The notes under the pieces are model-generated. The model made no database searches. It saw only the letters and a program-made list of their open reading frames with translations, and was not told where the DNA came from. Positions 25,391 through 36,267 of a stretch of 64,000 bases of DNA are shown in pieces (positions within the stretch are counted from its first letter, which is position 1; each line of letters begins with the position of its first letter). The position numbers and the translations under genes were made by a program. Source of the DNA: Lama glama (Eukaryota); assembly GCA_028534125.1 (NCBI GenBank), contig CM052818.1, positions 8,744,001 to 8,808,000 of the forward strand, given 5' to 3'.

Positions 25391-26109
25391 CAGGGGCCTG
25401 AAGTCTGGCAGGAGATGTGCTCCTTGTAGGAACAGGAGGCACTTGTTTTCCAGAGGTCTTTTCTTACCCCCTTACTCCCTCCTCACCTTCCCCATTGATT
25501 TATCTAGCAAGTGACCTCAGAAACTTAACCTCCTGCTTCACCCCCTTGTCCCAGGCTCCCAAAGGGGCTCTGAACAAGATGCTGACATGCAGTATGGGGT
25601 TGGGGGTGAGGCTGCCCCCTCATCCCTCACAGGGCACAGCCATTGCACCCACTCCTGGATGGACCCCTCAACCCCGGGCTCCCTGACAGCAAGAGGGTGG
25701 CAGGCCAGGCTCCTCCTTGCATGAAGAGCTGGGCAGCCCCGACATGCTCACCACCTCCCAGGGCCTGAGGGCAAGGCCCAGCTGGGCCTGAGAACTGACT
25801 GTGGACATGAGCCCAGGCCTGGCTCCTGGGAGCTAAAATTCCAGCCCTCAGGCAAGAGACAGAGACCTAGAGGAAGAAAGGCTGAGTGGGGGCCAGGGGC
25901 CCAATTCTGACAAGGCAGCCTTCCCTTCCAGGTAGGAGGGGTCTGGAGCCAGACAAAGCCTCCACTGACTCCTTGATTTAGGCAGGCCTGGCCTGAGGGG
26001 TGATTCACTAATGAGGCACCTGTTCTGCATCATCCAACAAAGGGCAGGATGCCCCATCACAGCTTGGGTGTAATCAGTGCAGGGGAATGAACGTCAAGAA
26101 TTCCTAGGG

Positions 26110-27070
26110 GGAACAGGCATTTTTCCAAAGACACCCAGATGGCCGACAGGCACAAGAAAAGATGCTCAACTTCACTAATCACCAGGGAAATGCAAGTCAA
26201 AACCTCAACGAACTATTATCTCACACCTGTCAGAATGTGTTCTCAAAAAAGAAATAACAGATGTTACTGATGATGTGGAGAAAGGCAACCCTCGTGTGCT
26301 GTTGGTGGGAATACAAACTGGTGCAGCCACTATGGAAAACAGTACCACAGTTCCTCAAAAAATTAAACAGAACTACCATATGATCCAACAATTCTACTCC
26401 TGAGCATTTATCCAAAGAAAACAAAAACACTAATACGAACAGATATATGTACCCCTATGTTCACAGCAGCATTATTTATAATAGCCAAGATATGGAAGCA
26501 ACCTAAATGCCCATCAACAGACGAATGGATAAAGATGTGATACTGATAATATATATATACATATATCTCCATTTTATATATATATAATATATAATAGAAT
26601 ACTAGTCAGCCATAAAAAAGAATGAAATTTTGCCATTTGCAACAATCTGGATGGACATTGAACATGCTATACTAAGTGAAATAAGACAGAGAAAGACAAA
26701 TACTGTATATTTTCACTTATATGTGCAATCTAAAAAATAAAACAAATGAACAAATATAACAAGACAGAAACAATCTCACAGGTACACAGAACAAACTAGT
26801 GGTTACCAGAAGGAAGAGGGATAGAAGGAGGGGAAAAATAAGTGAGGAGGATTAAGAGGTACAAACTGCTTAGGTATAAAATAAATAAGTTACAAGAGTG
26901 TAATTTACAGCACAGGGAATATAGTCGATACTTTATAATAACTTTGTATGGAATATAATCTACAAAAATATTGAATTACTAATTACTACTAATTTGTACA
27001 CCTGAAACAAACATAATACTGTAAGTCAATTATATTTCAATTTAAAAAATCGATTAATAAAAATCAAAAA
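26110..27070 (+). mobile_element. LINE-1 3' fragment (older L1M-type)
   Basis: aagatgctcaacttcactaatcaccagggaaatgcaagtcaaaac...ccatatgatccaacaattctactcctgag...3'UTR and A-tail. Confidence 0.92.
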
Positions 27071-27624
27071 CAAACAAAAATCAAACAAGAACAAAGAACA
27101 ACTGCGGGTCACTCCAAAGCTGATGGAGTCACTTCCTCCCACCCCCAGCCCTGCCAGCCCTCACCAGAGGCTGAAAGCAAAGGAGAGGAACCTGCAGGCT
27201 CCTCCGCACTGATTTCTCAGGAATCTTTCCACCCAAGCCTGGGCAGGGCTAAGGCTGGGGATTCCCCTGGAGTGAAACCAAGCCGGATGTGGAGTTAGAG
27301 CCCCAGAGCCCACACTTACCTGTGGTAATATTATCTGTTCAGTGGGACTTTGGGGAACTTTGGAGGGCAGTTTTTCTACATAGAGAAGTTTGAATAAATT
27401 TTTAGTTTTTTCAAATTAACATAACCTTTTAGCATTATCTATTCAAAAATATTCCTTTAGCTTTTTTTTAAACAAAGAATTTAATATAAAGAATTACTAA
27501 CTAGGCATAAATTGGTTGACTGCATCACCAATAATTATCATTCTGAGATACTCTATTGGGCAACAATATCAGCAAGTGGAGTTTTTAAAGGTTAAGTACT
27601 GGATACTTTCAGGTGTCATTTATA

Positions 27625-28000
27625 CATATTCCATCTTAACCATTTTTAAGCAGCACACTGTTCATTCAGCAGTGTTAAGTACATTCATAACGTTACGCCA
27701 CCATCCGGCCACAGAACTGAGCTCACCTTGCAAAACTGAAACTCGCTACCCATTAAACACTAACTCCCTGTTCCCCTCCCCTCTCCGTCCCTGCCAACTA
27801 CCTTTCTAATTTCTGTCTCTATGAATTTGACTACTCTAAATAAGCGGAATTTTACAGTATTTTACTTTTTGTGACTGACTTATAGCTTAATGTCCTCAAG
27901 GTTCATCCATGTGGTAGCCAGAATTTTATCCTTTTTCAGGCTGAATAATATCCCATTGTATGTACATACCACATTTTGTTTATCCATTCATCTGTTGAAA
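27625..28000 (-). mobile_element. L1MB-like 3' end
   Basis: ccatcttaaccatttttaag...ttgcaaaactgaaactc...cccattaaacactaactccc...ggttcatccatgtggtag. Confidence 0.85.
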
Positions 28001-29290
28001 ATCTTCCTTTAGCTTTTAAGTTCTTAAAATATTTTCAGTTCTTAAAATATTTTTCCCTATTTATAACTTTAGTAAACAAAATTATAACAAACATCTTTAA
28101 GGATTTCCTTGGCTAATATTTATTTGGTTAATATTTGGTCCCACTTATAAGTTTCATTCATTTAACACCTTCAAACATTTTAAACTACACTTATAAATTT
28201 AACATATGCAATTTTTTCTTAAATATCTCAGTTGTCTACTTAAACAAAATCTTACCAAGAACTTTAAATATATATATAAATCTAATAAAGTTAAATGAAT
28301 AAATATAGTAACATTGAAGTTTTCCTAACTTCTAAAACCATAAATTTATTAAATTTTCTACTCAAAATCACAAGTCTAACTCAGATACTCAATTTTACTT
28401 TTTAAATCTGAGTTATGTCTCACCCTTCTTTTAATAGAGCAAATTCTCTTCAACATTACAAGTACTTAAAATGCCAAATATGCATAGGGTATTCTTAGAA
28501 CAAAAGAATTAATCCTATAGGTTTATTTTTAAATCATTTCTATACTTGGTTATAAATCTTCCTGGGCCTAAAGAAGTTTTCCCAGAGGGTGGGATTTTCC
28601 AGACTTCCCAGAAAATAAGAATATGCGCGTTATACAATGCACCACATTAAATATCCATATTCTCAGGGCCTAATCCACATCCGATGAATCAGCATTTCCA
28701 GGTAATCTGCATGATTATAAAAGCTGCAGGTTTGTCTTACCGCAGAAGTTTGGAAACACTTTACTTAGGGCAAAATTGCTTCTCAGATATTTATAGACCA
28801 GGTTTTGACCAGGATCTGACTAGATTCTCTCAGGGGAACTCTGAAAGGACTCCTCAACCTTCCTTTCCCCTGCAGGGTCATTGTATGTTAATGAGGGGCC
28901 TACCTTCACGAGAGGTATGTCATGTTGCTCCAAGACGCCAAGTCAGATTACAGCCAGTGGGCTTCATCACTGGATTGGACTTTGCATTTCTCTGGCTCTC
29001 TAGATAATATAAACATCTTCTCCTCCTATCTCTAAAGAACTTTTGAGTGTGATTCTTAACATATTTCTCCAGTTTCTCAGGACACTGCATCCTTGTAGAT
29101 CCTAAAATGCTGCCCCATTGAACCCTGGTCTCTCCCTCAGCTTTGTGTGACTTCTCAGTCACAACTTCAGGGTCATTCTCCAGACAGGCCCCTAACTGGT
29201 GCCCTGATTCCAGCCCTGCCGCCTCCACGCAGATCCTAGGTCATCTTCGCAAGATGCAAGACCAGGGCACACCCTGCTAAGCCCTTCCCT

Positions 29291-29886
29291 TGTTAGAGCA
29301 GGCAGACAGCTAGACATGAGCAGAGACAGGGGGCACAGATGGCAGGAAACCATACATCCTGTGAACAGTGGGGATCCTTGGGCAGAGAAAAGGAGGAACC
29401 TCTGGACTGATAAGAAATCACACATTCTGAAGTGACAAGTGTCCTGAAAGGGGGGAAAGGTAGGAATCTCCAGTGTCCGAAGGTAACCTTTTGCATATTA
29501 CAATAAAATCATTACAATAAAATCATTACAATAAAATCAGCCTTGTAGATTAGAAGTACCCATCATGCACTGATGCCAGAACACTTCTGATCCAGACTAA
29601 ATAAGGACAAAAATCCCTCCTCCCCTCGGGAAGGTGGAGCTGCGATGAAAATCAAGGAGTAAGACCCCAAACCCTTTTCTCCCTGGTGAATATTCCACCC
29701 ATTCATTTGTATACCCTGTATAACCAACTGGCCAAAGAAACTCACTGCAGCTACTCACCTGAGCCTGCTGGCTCTCCCCTTGACAACATACTATTGCTTA
29801 ATAAATCCTTGCTTTACTTTCTTGACCTCCATGTCTCATCTCTGAATTTCTTCTGTGATGAAACAAAAACCTAGTCGCCGGCAACA
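29291..29886 (+). mobile_element. ERV1-type solo LTR with 4-bp TSD
   Basis: TGTT...AACA termini, CCCT duplicated at 29287-29290 and 29887-29890, AATAAA ~29800; internal (attacaataaaatc)x3 at 29497-29538. Confidence 0.9.
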
Positions 29887-30046
29887 CCCTGGCTGGGCTC
29901 ACGGAAACTTGCCTGCCTTTCCCCTGCATCCATCTCAGGCTGCTCCCACCTGGCCCCAGCCCCACAGAACTCCCCACAGCTCTCCTAAGGGGCCTGCTCG
30001 GTGCCACACCCTGGGCCAAGCACCTTCTGTGCTTGGCGGGGTGTGT

Positions 30047-30048
<2 letters not shown>

Positions 30049-30085
<37 letters not shown>
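30049..30085. repeat. (TG)18 microsatellite
   Basis: Perfect dinucleotide run abutting an L1 3' end. Confidence 0.98.
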
Positions 30086-30086
<1 letters not shown>

Positions 30087-30322
30087 CCATCTTAACTATT
30101 TTTAAGCAGAATGTTGTTCATTCTGTGGCATTAAGTACATTCATAATGTTGTGCAGCCGTCACCACCATCCAACCACAGGACTCTGTTCATCTTGCAAAA
30201 CTGAAACTCTGTGCCCATTAAACACTAACTCCCCATTCCCTCCTCCCTCAGCCCCTAGCAATCACCCTTCAGCTTCCTGTCTGAGTTTGAGGACTCTAGG
30301 TGCCTCATGCAGAGGGATTATC
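30086..30322 (-). mobile_element. L1MB-like 3' end
   Basis: Same motifs as the 27625 copy (catcttgcaaaactgaaactctgtgcccattaaacactaactcccc). Confidence 0.85.
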
Positions 30323-30919
30323 TGAAGCCTGCTGAACCATCTCCAGCCTTGGCACTGGACGTTTCCTTTGCCTGCAATGCTGTCTCCTGACTTTCAGATT
30401 CCCACTCATCCTTTAAGATCCAGTCTAAGTGTGTCCTCCTCTGAAGTGTCCCACGACTACAAAGTTGGGTTCATTCCACATGCTCTCGCTTGGCATTCCC
30501 CACTGACCTAGCCGATCCTTCAGTCTGCACACACCTGCAGTCACTTTCTTACTTAGACAGAGCTCCATGAGGCCAGGGGCTCTAGGTCTTTGTTCATCTC
30601 CAAGGCCTCAGCAGCGTGCAGAGTCAGCGTGCAGCATCCCTCCCTCAGCCCCATCAGTCAGAGACAAGCATGCCCTGGGCTCCCCTGTACCATCCAGGAC
30701 CTCACTACCACCCTGGGCTCAAAGCCCTTGTTTTTCATTTTATTGGGTGGGAAAAGAGCAGTTTAGCTGCTTTGCAGGATACCTGCCACACGCCCCAGGG
30801 GCCAAGGCGGTTTCTTCCCCAACAAGTGTAACTGGTGACCTGAGTGTGGCCACTGGCCAAGCTCTTTGTCCCACAGGGGAAGTGCAGATGGGTGACCATG
30901 ATCAACAGATCCTGCAAGA

Positions 30920-31028
30920 TGTCCGGCACAAATTCTCTCTCGCCAGCCCGGTGGAGTGGAGAGCACGCAGGGCCCGGGTAAGTGGCTGGACGACGGCACG
31001 CGTGTGGGGGCCAGACCCTTCCTGTAGT

Positions 31029-31059
<31 letters not shown>

Positions 31060-31140
31060 ACAGTTCTCCCTGTCGTGACCCCGCCCTCGTCGTGACCCCG
31101 CCCTGTGGACGGCTGGTGTCAGGCTAGTGGCTGAGCCGTG
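30920..31140. promoter_or_regulatory. Small CpG-rich patch with duplicated GC-box unit
   Basis: Local CpG excess; 16-bp direct repeat gtcgtgaccccgccct at 31072-31087 and 31089-31104; adjacent (GCT)9. Confidence 0.4.
31033..31059. repeat. (GCT)9 / CAG trinucleotide repeat
   Basis: Perfect run of 9 units. Confidence 0.97.
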
Positions 31141-31484
31141 TGTGATGCAGCAAGTATCCACCATGTCCTTCAGTTTTCTGTGTGGAGATGCAGCAGCCTC
31201 TCCATTAAACCCAGCGTGGGACAGAGAGGGCAGTTTCAGAGCACCAGTGCTAAAGTCTGCCTAACCCTTGTCTCCCAGGGAACGGTCCTCGCCAGAACTT
31301 TAAGCCTCTGGGAAGGTCTGTTTCCACTCAGGCCCAGTGCTGAAGGCTCAGGGGACAGGCCTCCGTTTAACACCCAGCTAAGAGAAATCCTTGGAGGCTG
31401 ACAGTACTTCTGGTCAAGTGCCCCTGATTTTGGCTGGGACAGTGGCTGATGTTTGCCCAAAGAGTGGCCAAAGGTAGTCTGCAT

Positions 31485-31578
31485 CGGGAGGGTAGGAATA
31501 GCTCAGTGGTAGAGTGCATACTTAGCATGAAAACGGTCCTGGGTTCAATCCCGAACACCTCCATTAAAAAAGAAAAAC
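31485..31578 (+). mobile_element. Vic-1-like SINE with perfect 14-bp TSD
   Basis: atagctcagtggtagag...gggttcaatccc; TSD aaggtagtctgcat at 31471-31484 and 31579-31592. Confidence 0.92.
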
Positions 31579-33581
31579 AAGGTAGTCTGCATGAGAATTG
31601 CTCGGCAGAGAGAGGCATGTTTGCTAACATGCAGGTTCCCGGGCCCACCCCAGATAATCTGGTTCTGAACCTCTGGGGAATGGGGTCCAGAGACATTCCT
31701 CATGAACAACATCCCCACCCCAAGGTAATTCTTGTGCTCACTAAAGTTTGCAAGGCATTGCCCTCCTGGTCCAAGAGCAATAAAGTCAACATGCTTCTCT
31801 GTCCTAGAGCAGGAAGGAAAAACTCATTTCTGCCCCAGGGTCCCGATTTCAGCAAAGTAAAAGAGTCACAATCATTAAACCCCTCCAGGTGAGTGTCATG
31901 GTTGTGTATTTGCCTGGGTGCACATGCAGGGTGTGAGGGTGGGGGTGGTGAGGGGTAGACTTTGCACTTGAAGCAGGCAAGAGAGGAAGATGGAAAGGAG
32001 TAGGCAAGAGGAGGGTGACGAGAAAGCAAGGGGGTCTCCAGCAGGACTGCTGGACAAAGACCAACGGAAAGCCCCTGGCCCCCAGCCCATGCGGTCACGG
32101 GAAAGATGACCGCCGAGGAGGGGCCTGACTGAGATGTAAGATCACACGCCATAGCAGGGCTGGGAATCAAAGACAGTCCTGAGTGAAAAGAAAGCATCAC
32201 GGAAAAAGAGTAGAGTCCATTTTTATGAATTTTAAAAATCTAGCAAAAGCAAACAGCATATCGTTTAGGGATGCATACAAAAGTGGTAACACTGCAGAGG
32301 AGAATAGAAGAATAATGCACTGCAATGCGAGACAGTGATCCCCTGGGCGACCTCTGGGAGAGAGGGGACCACAGGGGACTTCAAAGGTACTGGTAAGTTT
32401 CCTAAGAGGTGGCCATACTCAAGCATGGTTATATGTATATGTAATACATATCATTTTGCATGTGTGATATATTAAGGTTTTGAAACATATATATGAAATA
32501 CTGAACAGCATGAATAAAATAAACCACTTGTTTCATCAGATTCTGAAATAACAGAATATCAGAAAAGGTGTCACCTTCTGGAATTTGTGGCAGGTGTGGC
32601 TTGAGCAAATAAAGTGAAGTCCCCACTGACTGAGTGGATCATGAATGTTCAGCACTGGTACTGACTCTCCACGCCTCCAGGATGGGGACGGGCTGGGGGA
32701 GGCCTCGGGACCTGCCTGGGAGAGGAAGTGCCCGGTCTCCCGTCCGGGGCTGCAGGGCACGGGCTGAGAGCCACGTAGCAGAGGCAGGGTCCAGCGAAGT
32801 TGTGGGTTCAGCTCAGCACCCACTTCTGGAGAGCCCTATCTGCTCCAGAAGGAGAGGTGGTTTGGGACCCACCAACGAAGAAAAAGAAAGTGCTGTTTCC
32901 ATTTACAGATGCCTTATTCACTGCAGCCTTTGCTAAGGGTCTGGGGTTTCCTTAAAAGTTCCTTCAAAGCAAACAGAAGGACTTAATTTCAGAGAGACTC
33001 CCCTGCAACTCTCCAACAGGACCATGTTGCTGCAATGAACAGCCCAGAACGGGCAAGACTGCCAACATGCTCAGCGCCCCACCACTGGGCGGGGTTGGAA
33101 ACCTCCCCCTGGCCGAGCCCATCACGCCTCTTCTGTTCGCTGGTGCTAGGATGGGATGTCCCGGCTCAAACCAGCAGAACGGCCTGGCAGTTTCCACTCA
33201 CTTGAAAAGGGTTTCCTTTCCTAGTCCCAGAATTCTCAAAAGCAGCAGCTCCCTGATTCGCCCTCTCCTGGACCCACAGTACTCACTGCTCTTGCCCTAT
33301 TTTGTGCAATTTCATGTGCTCTGCAGTGGGACAGTTCTCAGGCTGCTGGCCCTTCGGGTTATTTAGTTATCCCTTGCATTATTACTTTCTACGAATAACA
33401 AAACACAGCCAGCTGTTCCTCTGGGCTCCTCCTGCAGATTTTTTGTAGGAAGAGGACTGTGCCAGGCCACCTCCTCCTTGGATGGCTGTTGGGTTAAATT
33501 ACAAGGAGCGATTTCTAATCCTTTCTTTAAAAATGACTTTGATTATCATCATCTCTTTTTCAGATTGAAAAAGAAATTCAT

Positions 33582-34046
33582 TGTGTTAGTTTCCTATTGC
33601 TGCTCTAACAAACTACCACCAATTTAGTGATTAAAAGAACACAAGCTTATCATCTTATAGTTTTAGAAGTCAGAAGTCCAAAATCAGTTCCACTGGGCTA
33701 AAATCAAGGTGTCAGCAGGGCCAAGTTCCTTTCCTGGAGCCTCTCCTGTTCTCTTGCCTTTACCAGCCTGTGGGGGTTGCTGGAATTTCTGGGCTCCTGG
33801 CTCCCTTCCATCTTTACTGGCTGGTGGAGCCTTTCCCACAGGGCATCACCCTTCTGTTTCTTCCACACTGAAAGATCCCTGTGATGGCATTGGGATTATC
33901 CAGGTTGGTCCCCTTCTCCAGGTCAACTGATGAGCAGTGTCAATTCCATCTGCAAATTTAATTCCCTTTTGCTATGTAACCTAACATATTCAGACTCTGA
34001 GAAGTAGGATGTGGACACCTTTGGAAGGTCATTATTCTGCTACAAC
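33582..34046 (-). mobile_element. MaLR LTR (MLT1C/D-like)
   Basis: tgtgttagtttcctattgctgctctaacaaactaccac...gggctaaaatcaaggtgtcagcagggc...tattctgctacaaca. Confidence 0.85.
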
Positions 34047-35088
34047 ACATATGTTCAATGTAAAAAAAATAGAAATATAGAAATAGCATAAAGGAGGATA
34101 CATAAGCCACTTCCAATAGCATTTCCCAGAGATAATAACGAATAATTAAGTGCATGTTCATCCAGTCCTTTGTCCAATGCATGTTTTTCCTATGTAAACT
34201 AGGTTTGAGTAATGCTATATATATATATAGATTGTTTAGTAATTTTCCTTAATAATATCATGTATTTTCCTACCGTTAAGTATTTTGCTACATTTCATTT
34301 TTGATGGCTATCTAGTATTCCACATGTAGACGTACTATAATTTATTTAACTAATTTAGTTAATCCTCTATCGTAGAACATACGATTTATCTCTAACTTTT
34401 CTTTATGCCTAGTAGCCCTGTGATAAACATTCCTGAAGCTACATCTTTGTACATATTCTTAGGGTACGTTCCCTAAAGATACCCCAAATATTGGGTGACC
34501 ACATCATTTATCGTTCAAAGCAGGACATCTTTAAGAATGAAAAAGGATAGTCTTAAAAATTAACAGTAACTAATAACTAACAATAACCCAGGATGGACCT
34601 GGGTATGATACATCTTGCCAAACCGGCCTCATGAAATGTTGCCGTGGTTTATACTCCCCGGGGCAATGCCCAAGAATCCTGCTCTAAGCCTTTGTCAGAA
34701 TTGCCAGGCCTCCCTGTGCCCCCAACTCCCAGTCTCCATCTTCCTAACACGGAAGACCACACAGATGCAAACGTCCTTCTTGCTCTCCCTGCAGAGGTGG
34801 CAGGGACAGGCCTGTCCCCCGTGCCTGGGAGAAGACGGCTGAGTCCTCCTCTGCCGGGGTAGTCAGTGATTTTACTTCAGGTGAGTCTGTTATAGCTTCT
34901 GATCCAGGTAAAACCGGATTAGTGTCAAGGCAGCAGTGACCAAACCACCCTCCCGTCACACGGGCCCAGGTACAAGCTCCCCCAAAGAGGAAGCCTCTCA
35001 CAGGGCCTTCCCAGACCCAGGCAGGTGTGCCCTGGGGAGCCCTGTAACAAGACAGTATCACCTGAGCAAACTGACCTGACAAACTTAC

Positions 35089-35590
35089 CTGAGCAAGAGA
35101 CTGACCCGGCAGAGCCCAAGGCAGGAGCTGGGAGCTGCAGTCAGCCCAAGTTTCCTCACACAAGGAATTTTATAAGGAACAACTTACACTTTCTTGTCAG
35201 AGGACTTCCTCTTGGGTAGAACCCTCTGAAACATCAATTGGCAAGAACCTACCCAAATAAAACAGTTGCTGAAACCACAAAAAACGGAAAAGCTAAATTC
35301 ACTGTGAAGAGGTTTGGTAGCCTTCCAATGGGTTTTTTCTTTTTTGGCATTTGTTTTTTATTTTGGTGGCAGTCATTTGACTGGCCATCCGGGATGCAGA
35401 ATGCTCTGTGGGAAAAGACCAGGGCCCCTGCACAGGAAGGTGATTGCAAACACTGAAAACAAGGTATCAGGTCCTCAGGTTTCTTGTCCCAGGCATTTCT
35501 GACCTTCTGAGTCAAGTAACCTGCTGAAACCAGTCACCTCGTCCACCCAGAGGCCACTCAGGAAACATCTGACTCATTCTTGTTGACTCA
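35089..35590 (-). promoter_or_regulatory. Candidate TATA promoter/enhancer with AP-1 cluster
   Basis: TATAAAA on minus strand (35174-35168); donor CAG|GTAAGT after 35089; three perfect TGA(C/G)TCA sites at 35508-35514, 35570-35576 and 35584-35590. Confidence 0.4.
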
Positions 35591-36116
35591 CACGCTGGAA
35601 AGGCAAACCCAAATGGGCCCTGATAACAATCTAGGTTGGAGTAGTTTTGCTTGTAAGCAGCTGGCTCCCTGCCGACAGAGAATATAAACCTTCAGAAATA
35701 AAGACAAAAGCTTAGTACCCCCACCCTCTGCCCTCAAATATTGTTCCTGGTGATATTTTGTAAGCACTTCTGCAAACGGCGCTCTGTTTGGTAACCTGGA
35801 AATGGAGCAAAACACACCTGGACACCATGCTGTTTGTGAAATGAGCAAAGGGGACGAGCAGGCGAGTACAAGACAGGAACTGCCTTACAAGCAGATCTGG
35901 AACGCCAGGGCGTCCTCTCGATGAAAGAACTGCTCTTGTTTTATGTCAACTTTGAGTTAGTGGAGATGTTCGGCTGGAGATCTGGACTGTTTTGATATAA
36001 ACGAAGGCAAAGTTGTGGGATCACCACAGAAGGGAGCTCAACAATTTGGCGAAAGAAAACATAGGCCCAGAAAGTGAAATGTGATGGATTTCTCACATCA
36101 AAAGTCAGCTTCTCAA

Positions 36117-36267
36117 GGGGAGGGTATAGCTCAGTGGTAGAGTATGTGCTTAGCATGCATGAGTTCCTGGGTTCAAACCCCAGTACCTCTGTTAAAATAA
36201 ATAAATTAACAAACCTAAATTAACCTCCCTTAAAAAAAGAAAGAAAGGAAGAAAGAAAGAAAGAAAG
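36117..36267 (+). mobile_element. Vic-1-like SINE with (GAAA)n tail
   Basis: ggggagggtatagctcagtggtagag...; TSD aaagtcagcttctcaa / aaaattagcttctcaa. Confidence 0.92.

Noticed and set aside
28000..28560. Very AT-rich block as horizontally acquired DNA or NUMT
   Set aside because: No mitochondrial gene motifs recognised; more likely decayed repeat or low-complexity intron.
30567..31164. Poly-Cys / poly-Ser ORFs
   Set aside because: Homopolymers arise from the (GCT)9 microsatellite; no other coding evidence for the full-length ORFs.
36117..36190. tRNA-like sequences (this and seven similar copies) as real tRNA genes
   Set aside because: They have A-rich tails, TSDs and variable anticodon arms; they are SINE retrocopies.
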